Source of the DNA: a candidate division WOR-3 bacterium
Lineage (GTDB): Bacteria > Hydrothermota > Tepidihabitantia > SM23-42 > JAOAFX01
DNA length: 10,274 bases
Reading direction: 5' to 3'
Assembly: GCA_039802265.1 (NCBI GenBank)
Contig: JBDRWI010000074.1
Location: forward strand, 1-10,274
The position numbers were made by a program, and so were the translations under genes. Shown one piece after another: positions 1 to 8,002 of this stretch. The notes beneath the pieces were generated by a model. The model was not told the DNA's origin and did no database searches. It was given only the letters and a program-made list of their open reading frames with translations. Position 1 is the first letter of the stretch. Each line of letters begins with the position of its first letter.

Positions 1-55
1 GGGCATCGCCACGATTTGATATTTCAGTAAGTGCCTTTAAATAATTCTTTAGCAT
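1..55 (-). CDS. 5' end of a gene running off the left edge (MLKNYLKALTEISNRGDA...); possibly a type ISP-like restriction-modification / N6-adenine DNA methylase protein
   Basis: ATG at 55-53 overlaps the TAA of the M55 gene (TAATG on the minus strand), and the frame is open to the window edge. The 18 residues resemble the recalled 'YLK.....N.GDAREESYY' N-terminus of such proteins. Product call is tentative. Confidence 0.6.
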   Translation of the reverse strand, partial: MLKNYLKALTEISNRGDA

Positions 56-915
56 TATTCCGCACTCATTATACTATTCGCATAGCCCGCCAGGTCGCAG
101 ATGAGCATTAATTGGCGGTAGAATTCAAGAATATCCTTTGATTTGAATAAAAATCTTCTTGCTGAGACCCTTTTTAATCCGGGTAGGCTCTTTATCGCAT
201 CACCAAAGAGTGAATTAATCATCTCAACTTCCGCATTTATTGGGTATTTAAACTTAAAGGGCTTCAGTCTGTTTATCTTTCTTACTACCCGCCCCGCCTT
301 TAATTCTATTTCCTTCTGAACATCAACTGGATGACGGCATTTTGCACAGAATCTGGAAATACTGGATTTGGTAATGACTGTTTCAACTCCAGGCCCAAAA
401 AATCTTTTAATCTCCTGAATAAGTTTATCATCACCCGAAACCAATCCTAAAGGAACACCGTAATGCCCCGCAATCCCTGCATTTATCTCGGATTCTCCAA
501 CATACTGCCCATTTATTTTTATATTATAAATCAAACTTGATGAATAAGAATGGTCCATCATTCCTGCTTCAGTGCCGACCATTGCATGATAGCCAATAAA
601 GAATACTACATCAAAGTTTTCATTCAGCCCTTCCATCATATAATAGTTTCGCTGAGTTCCCTTTATCAGTTCCACGCCAGGTTCAAGTTCTTCAATCAAA
701 AGATTTTCACCTGAGGCGTGAGAATCACAGATAAGTATCTCACCAATCTTTAATCCACTCTTTTTTACCCCGCGTATTGCAGAATTGACTTCCTGAGTAG
801 CGATTCTCCGAATCCGTAATAAATCCGGTGAGTCCTTTCTCATTTCCTTCCAGGATGTTACACCACTTATTCCTTCCAGGTCAAAAGAGATAAAAAGATT
901 TATTCTTTTTGCCAT
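55..915 (-). CDS. dppA: M55 family metallopeptidase (D-aminopeptidase DppA-like), 286 aa
   Basis: Family motifs ISFDLEGISGV (DxE), DSH..GENL, FIGYHA, DHSYSS, GESEIN and LVSGDD. ATG at 915 is preferred over TTG at 921, which overlaps the -10 box. Confidence 0.92.
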   Translation of the reverse strand: MAKRINLFISFDLEGISGVTSWKEMRKDSPDLLRIRRIATQEVNSAIRGVKKSGLKIGEILICDSHASGENLLIEELEPGVELIKGTQRNYYMMEGLNENFDVVFFIGYHAMVGTEAGMMDHSYSSSLIYNIKINGQYVGESEINAGIAGHYGVPLGLVSGDDKLIQEIKRFFGPGVETVITKSSISRFCAKCRHPVDVQKEIELKAGRVVRKINRLKPFKFKYPINAEVEMINSLFGDAIKSLPGLKRVSARRFLFKSKDILEFYRQLMLICDLAGYANSIMSAE

Positions 916-920
916 AGGCA

Positions 921-948
921 ATTATATTCCAAATGAGTGCACTGTCAA
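921..948 (-). promoter_or_regulatory. Sigma70-type promoter of the M55 gene
   Basis: Minus strand reads TTGACA (948-943), a 16-nt spacer and TATAAT (926-921), then TGCCT and the ATG. Confidence 0.8.
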
Positions 949-1021
949 TCAGTTTGGGCAATTGCAGTATGTCAGTGTGTGGTCATATCTTTATACATTA
1001 ACAATCAGGATTATGTAACCT

Positions 1022-1045
1022 TTTCACTTTTTCGCAAAAGTGAAA
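1022..1045. repeat. Inverted repeat (10-bp arms)
   Basis: TTTCACTTTT-tcgc-AAAAGTGAAA, perfect arms. Confidence 0.6.
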
Positions 1046-1128
1046 TGCCCTTTTTAGGGAGAGGGATGAGGGTTGGGGTTACGGGGGTTAAACACCTGAT
1101 GATATTCGTGAATAAATGGTTTTTTAAT

Positions 1129-1220
1129 AATATGTGTAAAAATTACACTCTGGTATCTCATAAAACATCGCATTTTTGCCTGCTTGTTTAGACTACAAAA
1201 TATGTGTAAAAAGGAAACAC
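1129..1220. promoter_or_regulatory. Pair of operator-like direct repeats
   Basis: AATATGTGTAAAAA at 1129-1142 and 1199-1212 (70 bp apart). Each is part of a dyad: GTGTAA-aaa-TTACAC (1134-1148) and GTGT-N9-ACAC (1204-1220). Confidence 0.45.
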
Positions 1221-1329
1221 TTTTGAATTTGATGTCTCACAGATTATCTTGAAATTTCAATAGTTTATTCGGGCAAAGATTTTGCCATTTAAGAAGTGTA
1301 GATGGCTCTCAATACCTTGCACTTGAGCA

Positions 1330-1357
1330 TTGACTTCTTAAATATTTTATGTAAAAT
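1330..1357 (+). promoter_or_regulatory. Candidate sigma70-type promoter for the propeller-protein cluster
   Basis: TTGACT (1330-1335), a 16-nt spacer and TAAAAT (1352-1357). An additional TATAAT lies at 1362-1367. Confidence 0.55.
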
Positions 1358-1560
1358 TTATTATAATGAGAATAAGGGAGAGCATCTCATTTTATCTTAT
1401 CTATCACCGCAGAATGAATCTAAAAATAATCTATGGCAGTGGGGTTCTATCAAGTTTATTGAAAATTCTGAAGGCTATTTCTAAGCAAAATTTATAAGGT
1501 TTGTCTGATTTTGCTCCGCGACACCGGAGCATAATAAATATAGTGTCAAAATCCATTTTT

Positions 1561-1620
1561 TGTCGGATGAATCTGACCGCTACAAATTTAAAGGTGATTG
1601 TAGCGGTGCGATTCATCGCC
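1561..1620. repeat. Inverted doublet of GTAG-tagged REP-like sequences (REPIN-like)
   Basis: Minus copy GTAGCGGTCAGATTCATCCGACA (1583-1561) and plus copy GTAGCGGTGCGATTCATCGCC (1600-1620). Each is GTAG followed by a short palindrome. Arms 1566-1585 and 1598-1617 pair at 18/20. Confidence 0.65.
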
Positions 1621-1631
1621 TCATCCTCTTC

Positions 1632-1670
1632 TATCCTCTCCCTTGAAGGGAGAGGATAAAGGTGAGGGTG
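1632..1670 (+). repeat. BoxC/potential intrastrand triplex (PIT)-like palindromic repeat
   Basis: TATCCTCTCCCTT-g-AAGGGAGAGGATA (13-bp arms, pyrimidine/purine), followed by a second purine-rich tract AAGGTGAGGGTG. Confidence 0.6.
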
Positions 1671-1720
1671 AGATAATGTCATGTCTCTGGTTCAAACCAG
1701 AGAATAAAATGGGGGAAAAA

Positions 1721-3349
1721 ATGAAATTAAAATACTTTATTATAATAATGCCTGTAATCTTGGTCTCACTGATATCCGCACAACCACTGAGATGGGTGAG
1801 GATAATAGATGGTCCTGGCCCCACTAGTGAATCTATTATGGATGCAGTAATGGATAATGCACTAAATGTCTATGTGACCGGACTTTACAGCAATGTCTCA
1901 AGTGATGACATCAGAACAGTTAAGTATGCCGGTAATGGCAATGTGGTATGGGATAAGATTTATGACGCTGGTGGGGCGGATGGCGGAGTGTCAATCTGCC
2001 TTGATAATGAGGGCTATGTTTATGTTGCAGGCTGGAAATGGACTGGTATACACCAACTGTTGGTGATTTTAAAATACAATGGTCTTAATGGCGAACTCCA
2101 GTGGTCTTCTTCTATTCTCATGCTTGACCCTTATCAAAATGATATTTGTTGCCGAATTGCAGTGGACGATGTTAATGGTTGTGGATATGTTGCTACGCAG
2201 GTAAATAATTTCGGTGATTATGACGGCTATTTGTGCCAGTTTAATATCTACGACGGTTCCATAAATTGGGGCTATCCTTATACTTATGTGCCTGGTTCAA
2301 GGGACTCGTGGCGAGATATTGTGATAGGTAGTAATGGCTATGTCTATGTCACGGGCTATGCAGATGACTGGTATCATCATACCATTACTGCAAAATATAA
2401 TCTTGATGGTGTACGAGAAGAAGTTGCTGACTATTTTTTTGATTCAGGTGGCAGTGGTATAGACCGGGATAATAATGGCTATTTATATGTAATATGCGCA
2501 GGGGTGTATGGTGGTGGTTATAAACAGCCAACCGTGCTGAAATACGATGAAAATCTCAATCTCATATGGAGATATATCCTTCCTGATAGGGGGAGGCCAA
2601 AAGATATCGTCGTTCATCGCACTACCGGCACATCATATGTAGCCGGATGCGTTGAACGCCTTGAAGGCGGAAACTGGTATACAAATGCATTGACATTCGC
2701 TGTTAATACCAGTGGCAGTCTCATCTGGAATAGGATATATGGGAATCCTTATCTGGATGAAATTTGCGAGGAAGTTGCCATTACCAATAATTGCGTTTAT
2801 GCGAGTGGATATGCCGAGCCCACCAATACCAATTGTGATATTCTTACATTATGCTATACACGCTCAAACGGGGCATTTCGCTGGGCAGGGTTATATGATT
2901 ACAACGGTGGTGATGATGAGTCGTATGCAATTTCAGTAAAAACAGGATTTACTGCAACCAACGCTTATATTGTGTCGGCGGGTAAAACACACTCTCCCCT
3001 TGCGATGATAACCCTGATGTATTCTTATAATGAATTAGTCTCTGATACACTCAGCGGTCCACAGGGTGGTGAATCACCAATCCCACAATCATTTTATCTA
3101 AAAGAGATATATCCAAATCCTACAAACGGTGAACTGAGAATAAGATTCAATACCCAATACCCGCAGAAGGTCGGAATCAGGCTCTACGATGCTACCGGTC
3201 GTTTGATTGCGGTTATCTTTGATGGCGAAGTGCAACCTGGACTCAATGAGGTATCCTATTTGCCCGGGGATATTGCCAATGGTATCTACTTCGTCCAGAT
3301 TATCACCGATGGCTACTTAAAAACGGAAAAGATAATCTATAAGAAATAG
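1721..3349 (+). CDS. Secreted SBBP-like beta-propeller repeat protein with C-terminal T9SS type A-like sorting domain, 542 aa
   Basis: ATG 1721 follows GGGGGAAAAA and starts a signal peptide MKLKYFIIIMPVILVSLISA/QP. Repeats include DNALNVYVTG, DNEGYVYVAG, SNGYVYVTG and DNNGYLYV, mostly followed by ..KY...G...W. C-terminus IYPNP...IRLYDATGRLI...GIYFVQI...TEKIIYKK. The TTG 1643 start lies inside the repeat hairpin. Confidence 0.85.
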   Translation: MKLKYFIIIMPVILVSLISAQPLRWVRIIDGPGPTSESIMDAVMDNALNVYVTGLYSNVSSDDIRTVKYAGNGNVVWDKIYDAGGADGGVSICLDNEGYVYVAGWKWTGIHQLLVILKYNGLNGELQWSSSILMLDPYQNDICCRIAVDDVNGCGYVATQVNNFGDYDGYLCQFNIYDGSINWGYPYTYVPGSRDSWRDIVIGSNGYVYVTGYADDWYHHTITAKYNLDGVREEVADYFFDSGGSGIDRDNNGYLYVICAGVYGGGYKQPTVLKYDENLNLIWRYILPDRGRPKDIVVHRTTGTSYVAGCVERLEGGNWYTNALTFAVNTSGSLIWNRIYGNPYLDEICEEVAITNNCVYASGYAEPTNTNCDILTLCYTRSNGAFRWAGLYDYNGGDDESYAISVKTGFTATNAYIVSAGKTHSPLAMITLMYSYNELVSDTLSGPQGGESPIPQSFYLKEIYPNPTNGELRIRFNTQYPQKVGIRLYDATGRLIAVIFDGEVQPGLNEVSYLPGDIANGIYFVQIITDGYLKTEKIIYKK

Positions 3350-3358
3350 TTTATAACC

Positions 3359-3389
3359 GGTGGGCACAGGTTCTAATCCTGTGCCCACC
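3359..3389. terminator. Strong intergenic stem-loop (terminator or mRNA-stabilising hairpin)
   Basis: GGTGGGCACAGG-ttctaat-CCTGTGCCCACC, a perfect 12-bp stem starting 10 nt after the stop. No U-tract follows. Confidence 0.6.
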
Positions 3390-3422
3390 AGATAGATTGG
3401 CAAAATAGTTGGGGAGGCAACA

Positions 3423-5672
3423 TTGAAGGTAAGATTGAAGACATCAATTCTCTTACTTTATATAACTTTAATTTCAACGCCTGTACGACTCAATGCCCTG
3501 GATTCATTGAATGTAAAGTGGCTCGGTAGTTGTCTGGGCAGTGCCTCAAGAAAGGTTGCCTACAGTGAAATAGGAAACAATCCCTATCTTTTTGTGCTCC
3601 TTCATGGTAGCATATTGGTCCTTGACCTTGCCAATCCCAATAGCCCTCAAAGAGTTATTGAAATAGGCTATCCTGGTGAACCAAGTTATGGCTGGGTTGG
3701 TGGATTAACCGTGGTTGATACAATGCTCTATCTCGCCTGTAATCCATACGGCCTCTGGATTTTCAATGTTACCAATCCCTGTGCTCCGGTCAGGATAGGC
3801 GCTTGTATAACAGCAAATGAGGCATCTGGTGTGGCAGTTCAGGGCGACTATGCCTATGTGGCATCGGATACCGGGCTTACAATTGTGGATATCTCGCAAC
3901 CCACAAACCCAACCGTGGTATGTCATTTGCTATTGGCTATATCGCCACAAGATGTCCATCGGGGATGTGATGTTGTGGTTTCCGATACCATTGCTTATGT
4001 CGCCGCACATAGGATGGTCGCAATTGTAAACATAGCAGACCCACACTCACCAGCCATTATCAGTACCTGGCACCCTCACCTTGGCATCGGCTGGGAGGAT
4101 CATTTTTTCCAGATTGATATCCAAGGGAATTTTCTATATCTCGCTGATATGCTCTGGGGTTTTTATATTGTTGATGTATCAAATCCACAATCACCCGTGG
4201 CGACAGACAGTGTAATGACTGGTTGGGCTCTGGATATAGTGGCGGCAGGCAACTTTGCATTTGGTGCTGCCGAAGAAGACGGACTCTTCATAATGGATAT
4301 CTCCAATCCTTATGATGTCAGAGTTATGAGCATTCTTGATACACCCGAGTCTGCGCAGGGGGTTGATTGTTTTGGAAACTATGTTTATGTAGCTGATTTA
4401 CATACCACCCTTGTTGTTGATGTATCAAACCCTTTAGCCCCCAATATAATCGGGTTCTATGATAACCTAAATTACTTTGCAATAGATTTGGCAATCTCAG
4501 GGAATTATGCTTATGTGGCCTACGGAATTGAAGGTTTAAGGGTTGTGGATATTTCTAATCCCCTATCACCCCAGGAAGTTGGGTCTTTAATGATACCTCA
4601 GGCAAGGGGGGTGGCAGTGGCTGGCAATTATGCCTATGTTGCATCAAGTGCTGTCGGTTTGAGGATTGTTGACATATCAAATCCGCTTTCTCCTTATGAG
4701 GTCGGCTTCTGCGATACCATTGGAACGATTTCGCAGGTTACGATTGCCGGAGACTATGCATATGTAAGTAGTGCTGTCAATTTTACAAGGATAATTGATA
4801 TAAGCAATCCATCTGCTCCGGTCGTTGTTTCTTCAATACCGGGTTGTTATAGCAGTGGAAAGATTGTAGTAGAGAATGGATATGCATATTTCCCGAATGC
4901 ATTGGAACTAATTATAGCTAATGTGGCTAACCCTTATACGCCCTATATCATTGGTGTTTTTTCAGAGAATTACGGTTTGGGTATTGCAGTTCAGAACAAC
5001 TATCTCTATACAATGGTTATAGACAGTTCCTACTTTACAACCGACCCTTTTGGCGTGGTTGATATATCTGACCCAAGTTCACCGGTTATTCTGGATACGA
5101 TGTATTTCCCACCCAATCTTAAGGCAGGTTCCGGAATGGCAATTGCAGGAGATTATGTTTATGGAAGCGAGGCGTGCCGCTGTCCTGTTTGCGTGATGGA
5201 TATTTCTAACCCGGTAGACCCGATGGTTTCAGGATATTACGCCGGGCGATTTATGCATGATGATGTTTGGCCCTCCTACCAGTTGAAGGTTATAAATAAT
5301 AATATCTATGTAGTATGCGGGCATAACGGTCTGATGATTTTTCACTATACTGGTTCACCGGGCATAACAGAAACTATGGATGATACAATAGAAGCCTCAA
5401 AAATTGAAATAGAGGCATTGCCAAATCCTTTCAGAGATAAGTTATCCCTTAAATTCCATTGCCCTAACGGGAAATCCTTAAATTCATTGAAAATCTATGA
5501 TATTTCGGGCCGATTGGTTAAAAAATGGGACGGTGAAACATTGAGACAACAAAACCAAATTCACTGGGATGGAACCGATGACTGCGGCAGGAGATTGCCT
5601 GGTGGGGTCTATTTCTGCCATTTTAATATAGACTCCCTCAGGGTTATTGAAAAGATAGTTCTTTTGAGGTGA
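3423..5672 (+). CDS. Secreted LVIVD-repeat beta-propeller protein with C-terminal FlgD-Ig/T9SS-like sorting domain, 749 aa
   Basis: GGGGAGG RBS (3411-3417) precedes TTG, then a signal peptide. There are many G(N/D)YAYVA....GL.(I/V)VDISNP..P repeats. C-terminus LPNPF...LKIYDISGRLVK...WDGTDDCGRRLPGGVYF...EKIVLLR. Confidence 0.9.
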   Translation: MKVRLKTSILLLYITLISTPVRLNALDSLNVKWLGSCLGSASRKVAYSEIGNNPYLFVLLHGSILVLDLANPNSPQRVIEIGYPGEPSYGWVGGLTVVDTMLYLACNPYGLWIFNVTNPCAPVRIGACITANEASGVAVQGDYAYVASDTGLTIVDISQPTNPTVVCHLLLAISPQDVHRGCDVVVSDTIAYVAAHRMVAIVNIADPHSPAIISTWHPHLGIGWEDHFFQIDIQGNFLYLADMLWGFYIVDVSNPQSPVATDSVMTGWALDIVAAGNFAFGAAEEDGLFIMDISNPYDVRVMSILDTPESAQGVDCFGNYVYVADLHTTLVVDVSNPLAPNIIGFYDNLNYFAIDLAISGNYAYVAYGIEGLRVVDISNPLSPQEVGSLMIPQARGVAVAGNYAYVASSAVGLRIVDISNPLSPYEVGFCDTIGTISQVTIAGDYAYVSSAVNFTRIIDISNPSAPVVVSSIPGCYSSGKIVVENGYAYFPNALELIIANVANPYTPYIIGVFSENYGLGIAVQNNYLYTMVIDSSYFTTDPFGVVDISDPSSPVILDTMYFPPNLKAGSGMAIAGDYVYGSEACRCPVCVMDISNPVDPMVSGYYAGRFMHDDVWPSYQLKVINNNIYVVCGHNGLMIFHYTGSPGITETMDDTIEASKIEIEALPNPFRDKLSLKFHCPNGKSLNSLKIYDISGRLVKKWDGETLRQQNQIHWDGTDDCGRRLPGGVYFCHFNIDSLRVIEKIVLLR

Positions 5673-7957
5673 TGCTTATGATATTGCTTTTAACATTATT
5701 GAAATTGTCATTTACCGGTTTTAATCCTGATGGACCTATAGGGGTTAATCTTAATGGCAATAAATATGAGAATAAAACGCTGGAAGATTCGCACAGCCCC
5801 ATTGATTACCGCAGCGGAGTACTCTTCTGGGATTTTGAGGGTTCTAATGGTGGGTTCAATCCAATCCCTCCTACCGAGGCCTGGCAATGGCTCCCACCGG
5901 TAGCGGGTTCTGCTCATTCGGGGATAAAGACCTGGGGTACATACGGCACTTCGGGCTATTATGACCCCCTGTGTGACTGGCGTCTGGAATCGCCTGCAAT
6001 ACTCCTTGATTCTGCTGGAGGTTGCACACTCTCATTTTATCATTGGTATTCTATTGACGGTCCTGCTGGAGACGGTGGAAACTTAAAGGTCTCAAACGAT
6101 AGTGGTTCAACCTGGTCAATTATCTATCCACTCGGGACCTCAGCATATCCCTGCACTGCTTCCCTTGAAAACTTCGGTATTCCTGGTGAACCCTGTTATG
6201 CTGGTGATTCTTTCTTCTGGTATCAGGAGAAGTTTCTGTTGGATAACTATGCTGGTGATGAAATAATCATCAGATGGCACTTTGGTTCGGATTTTTATTG
6301 GGAAGGTTGGGGCTGGTATATTGACGATGTCCGGATAACAGGGGTAAAGAACTCCTCGGGCATAATCAGGGATGTTGGACCAATCTCTATTGACTTTCCC
6401 TACAGCAATGTATTGCCAAATATCACAATCCATCCGAAGGCACGATGTAGAAATTTCGGCTGGCAGAGCGAAAGTGTTTTAGTTTTTATGAGGATTGATT
6501 CATTAAATATTACAGTTTATTTACAGGATACAATAGTCGTAATTGAACCATATACTGAAACCACAATTACTTTTGAAACCTGGACAACGGGCGGCTCTGG
6601 GGGTATCATTTATGATATATATACATTTACCCAACTTGATGGCGACCAATATCCATTCAACGATACCCTCCATCAACATACCGTAACTTCTTTTTCTTTC
6701 TGGGAATCATTACCTGCACCATTTCCACTACCGAGTTCTGGACATTCACTCGCTTCCTATGATAACGGCACCTATATGGTCTTTGGAATCCATACCCCGG
6801 GTAATTACTTGGATACGACTTTGATTTATAATATTTCTGCTGATATTTGGATTGGCGGACCGAAAAATCCATTTGGCTCCGCTTCTTATGGGACAGTAAA
6901 TGTAGTAAATGGAAGATTCTATCGGATTGGCGGCACCTGTAATTTTCCAAATCCCTTGGATAGAGTTGACATATATGACCCGGCTTCAAACCTATGGATT
7001 TCTGGTTCACCGGCACCCACAGGATTGATTGACCATACAAGTGGAATATATAAAGATTCTCTTATTTATATCCTGGGTAATGGCAACTGGAGTTACCCAA
7101 CGAGTAATCTGGTTTATATTTATGACACCTATACAGATAATTGGATAACTGCAAATCCATTCCCGGGGCCTGGTCGTGGTGCCTGTGCCGGTGGAATTAT
7201 TGACTCTTTCATCATAATTGCCTGTGGATTTAGAGATGGAGGCGAATTTTGCAATGATTATATACTCGGCGTAATTAACAAATCAAATCCGGCATTTATC
7301 ACCTGGGGTCAATGGCAGGTAATTCCAGGAATGGATAGTGGAAGATGTCGGATACCCTATACAATAGATATTTTGAATAAAGAATTATGGCTTGTTGGTG
7401 GCAAATTAGCCAATAATCAAGAAACTGGCGAAGTCTGGTCATATAATCCCTATACTAATATCTGGACGAACTGGCAATTACCGAAACCGCATCCGGTTTG
7501 CAATGTAGCGCCCGTGGTTATTACAACAACCTGTTATGGAAATCGGGGTATCTTTGTTCCAAGTGGATATCATGCCAATCAATATATTGGCGAGCACGAG
7601 TTGTTCCATGTATGGAACCAATCTGTTGCAGAAGAAGAAAAGGGTAATCTCTATTCAAATTTTGCTTATTTAAGATGCCTGCCAAATCCTGTGAATAAAA
7701 TGTGCATGATTAGGTATAATACTCGATGCACCCAGGATATTGAGATAAAAATATACGATGTCGCTGGTAGATTGGTTAAAAAATTGGTTGATCGAAGATT
7801 AGAACCTCAGGGTGAAAAATTGATATACTGGGATGTTTGTGATGAAAGAGGAAAACCAGTTCCTTCCGGAGTCTATTTTGTTCATTTAAATTCTGCGGAG
7901 TATACATTAATTGATAAAACAACAATTTTAAGGTGTGGTAGATATGGAAGCAGGTGA
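5669..7957 (+). CDS. Secreted multidomain protein: jelly-roll (immune inhibitor A/choice-of-anchor J-like) domain, CARDB-like Ig domain, Kelch repeats and C-terminal FlgD-Ig/T9SS-like domain
   Basis: Start overlaps the upstream stop (GTGATG; exact start 5669, 5672 or 5678), followed by a hydrophobic leader. Jelly-roll: WDFE..AHSG..LESP..LSFYHWY..DGG..IRWHFGSD..GWYIDDV. Ig: DVGPISI..RNFG..GD..P.ND. Kelch: YRIGG..YDP..N.W, LWLVGG..YNP..N.W. CTD: LPNP..IYDVAGRLVK..WD..DERGKPVPSGVYF. Confidence 0.85.
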   Translation: MMLMILLLTLLKLSFTGFNPDGPIGVNLNGNKYENKTLEDSHSPIDYRSGVLFWDFEGSNGGFNPIPPTEAWQWLPPVAGSAHSGIKTWGTYGTSGYYDPLCDWRLESPAILLDSAGGCTLSFYHWYSIDGPAGDGGNLKVSNDSGSTWSIIYPLGTSAYPCTASLENFGIPGEPCYAGDSFFWYQEKFLLDNYAGDEIIIRWHFGSDFYWEGWGWYIDDVRITGVKNSSGIIRDVGPISIDFPYSNVLPNITIHPKARCRNFGWQSESVLVFMRIDSLNITVYLQDTIVVIEPYTETTITFETWTTGGSGGIIYDIYTFTQLDGDQYPFNDTLHQHTVTSFSFWESLPAPFPLPSSGHSLASYDNGTYMVFGIHTPGNYLDTTLIYNISADIWIGGPKNPFGSASYGTVNVVNGRFYRIGGTCNFPNPLDRVDIYDPASNLWISGSPAPTGLIDHTSGIYKDSLIYILGNGNWSYPTSNLVYIYDTYTDNWITANPFPGPGRGACAGGIIDSFIIIACGFRDGGEFCNDYILGVINKSNPAFITWGQWQVIPGMDSGRCRIPYTIDILNKELWLVGGKLANNQETGEVWSYNPYTNIWTNWQLPKPHPVCNVAPVVITTTCYGNRGIFVPSGYHANQYIGEHELFHVWNQSVAEEEKGNLYSNFAYLRCLPNPVNKMCMIRYNTRCTQDIEIKIYDVAGRLVKKLVDRRLEPQGEKLIYWDVCDERGKPVPSGVYFVHLNSAEYTLIDKTTILRCGRYGSR

Positions 7958-7994
7958 TTATCAGGCGGTGGAGAAATTGATTGTCAAAAGATAG
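7932..7994 (+). pseudogene. Orphan 3' tail of a sorting-domain (CTD) gene
   Basis: A frame different from the upstream gene reads GVVDMEAGDYQAVEKLIVKR*. This resembles the CTD ends of neighbours (ITDGYLKTEKIIYKK*, NIDSLRVIEKIVLLR*) and is followed directly by a hairpin. Confidence 0.55.
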
Positions 7995-8002
7995 GAGAAG
8001 AA

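Noticed and set aside
62..940. 9-bp inverted pair GCACTCATT (62-70) and AATGAGTGC (932-940) bracketing the M55 gene
   Set aside because: Short, one copy is within coding sequence, and there is no duplication or recombinase; compatible with chance.
1271..1531. c-di-GMP-I riboswitch-like words (GGCAAA, GCAAAA)
   Set aside because: The required P2 GNRA hairpin and the conserved spacing are absent.
1643..1720. ORF-track N-terminal extension of gene 1 from TTG 1643
   Set aside because: It starts within a hairpin repeat and would bury the signal peptide; ATG 1721 has a purine-rich RBS.
937..1824. Short ORFs 937-1191, 1302-1484, 1431-1682 and 1621-1824
   Set aside because: No recognisable motifs. 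They overlap promoters, repeats or the antisense of gene 1, and the HPHLYPLPSRER and PSPLSSPFKGE peptides are just translations of the BoxC-like repeat.
3351..3414. Possible integron attC (TTATAAC ... GTTGGGG around a hairpin)
   Set aside because: The boxes match only at AAC/GTT, the stem is perfect with no extrahelical bases and off-centre, and no similar site occurs at other gene junctions.
3800..5230. Nucleotide repeats in the LVIVD gene as CRISPR or DGR template/variable repeats
   Set aside because: These are in-frame protein repeats diverged at many positions, not adenine-specific. There are no identical spaced repeats and no reverse transcriptase or cas gene.
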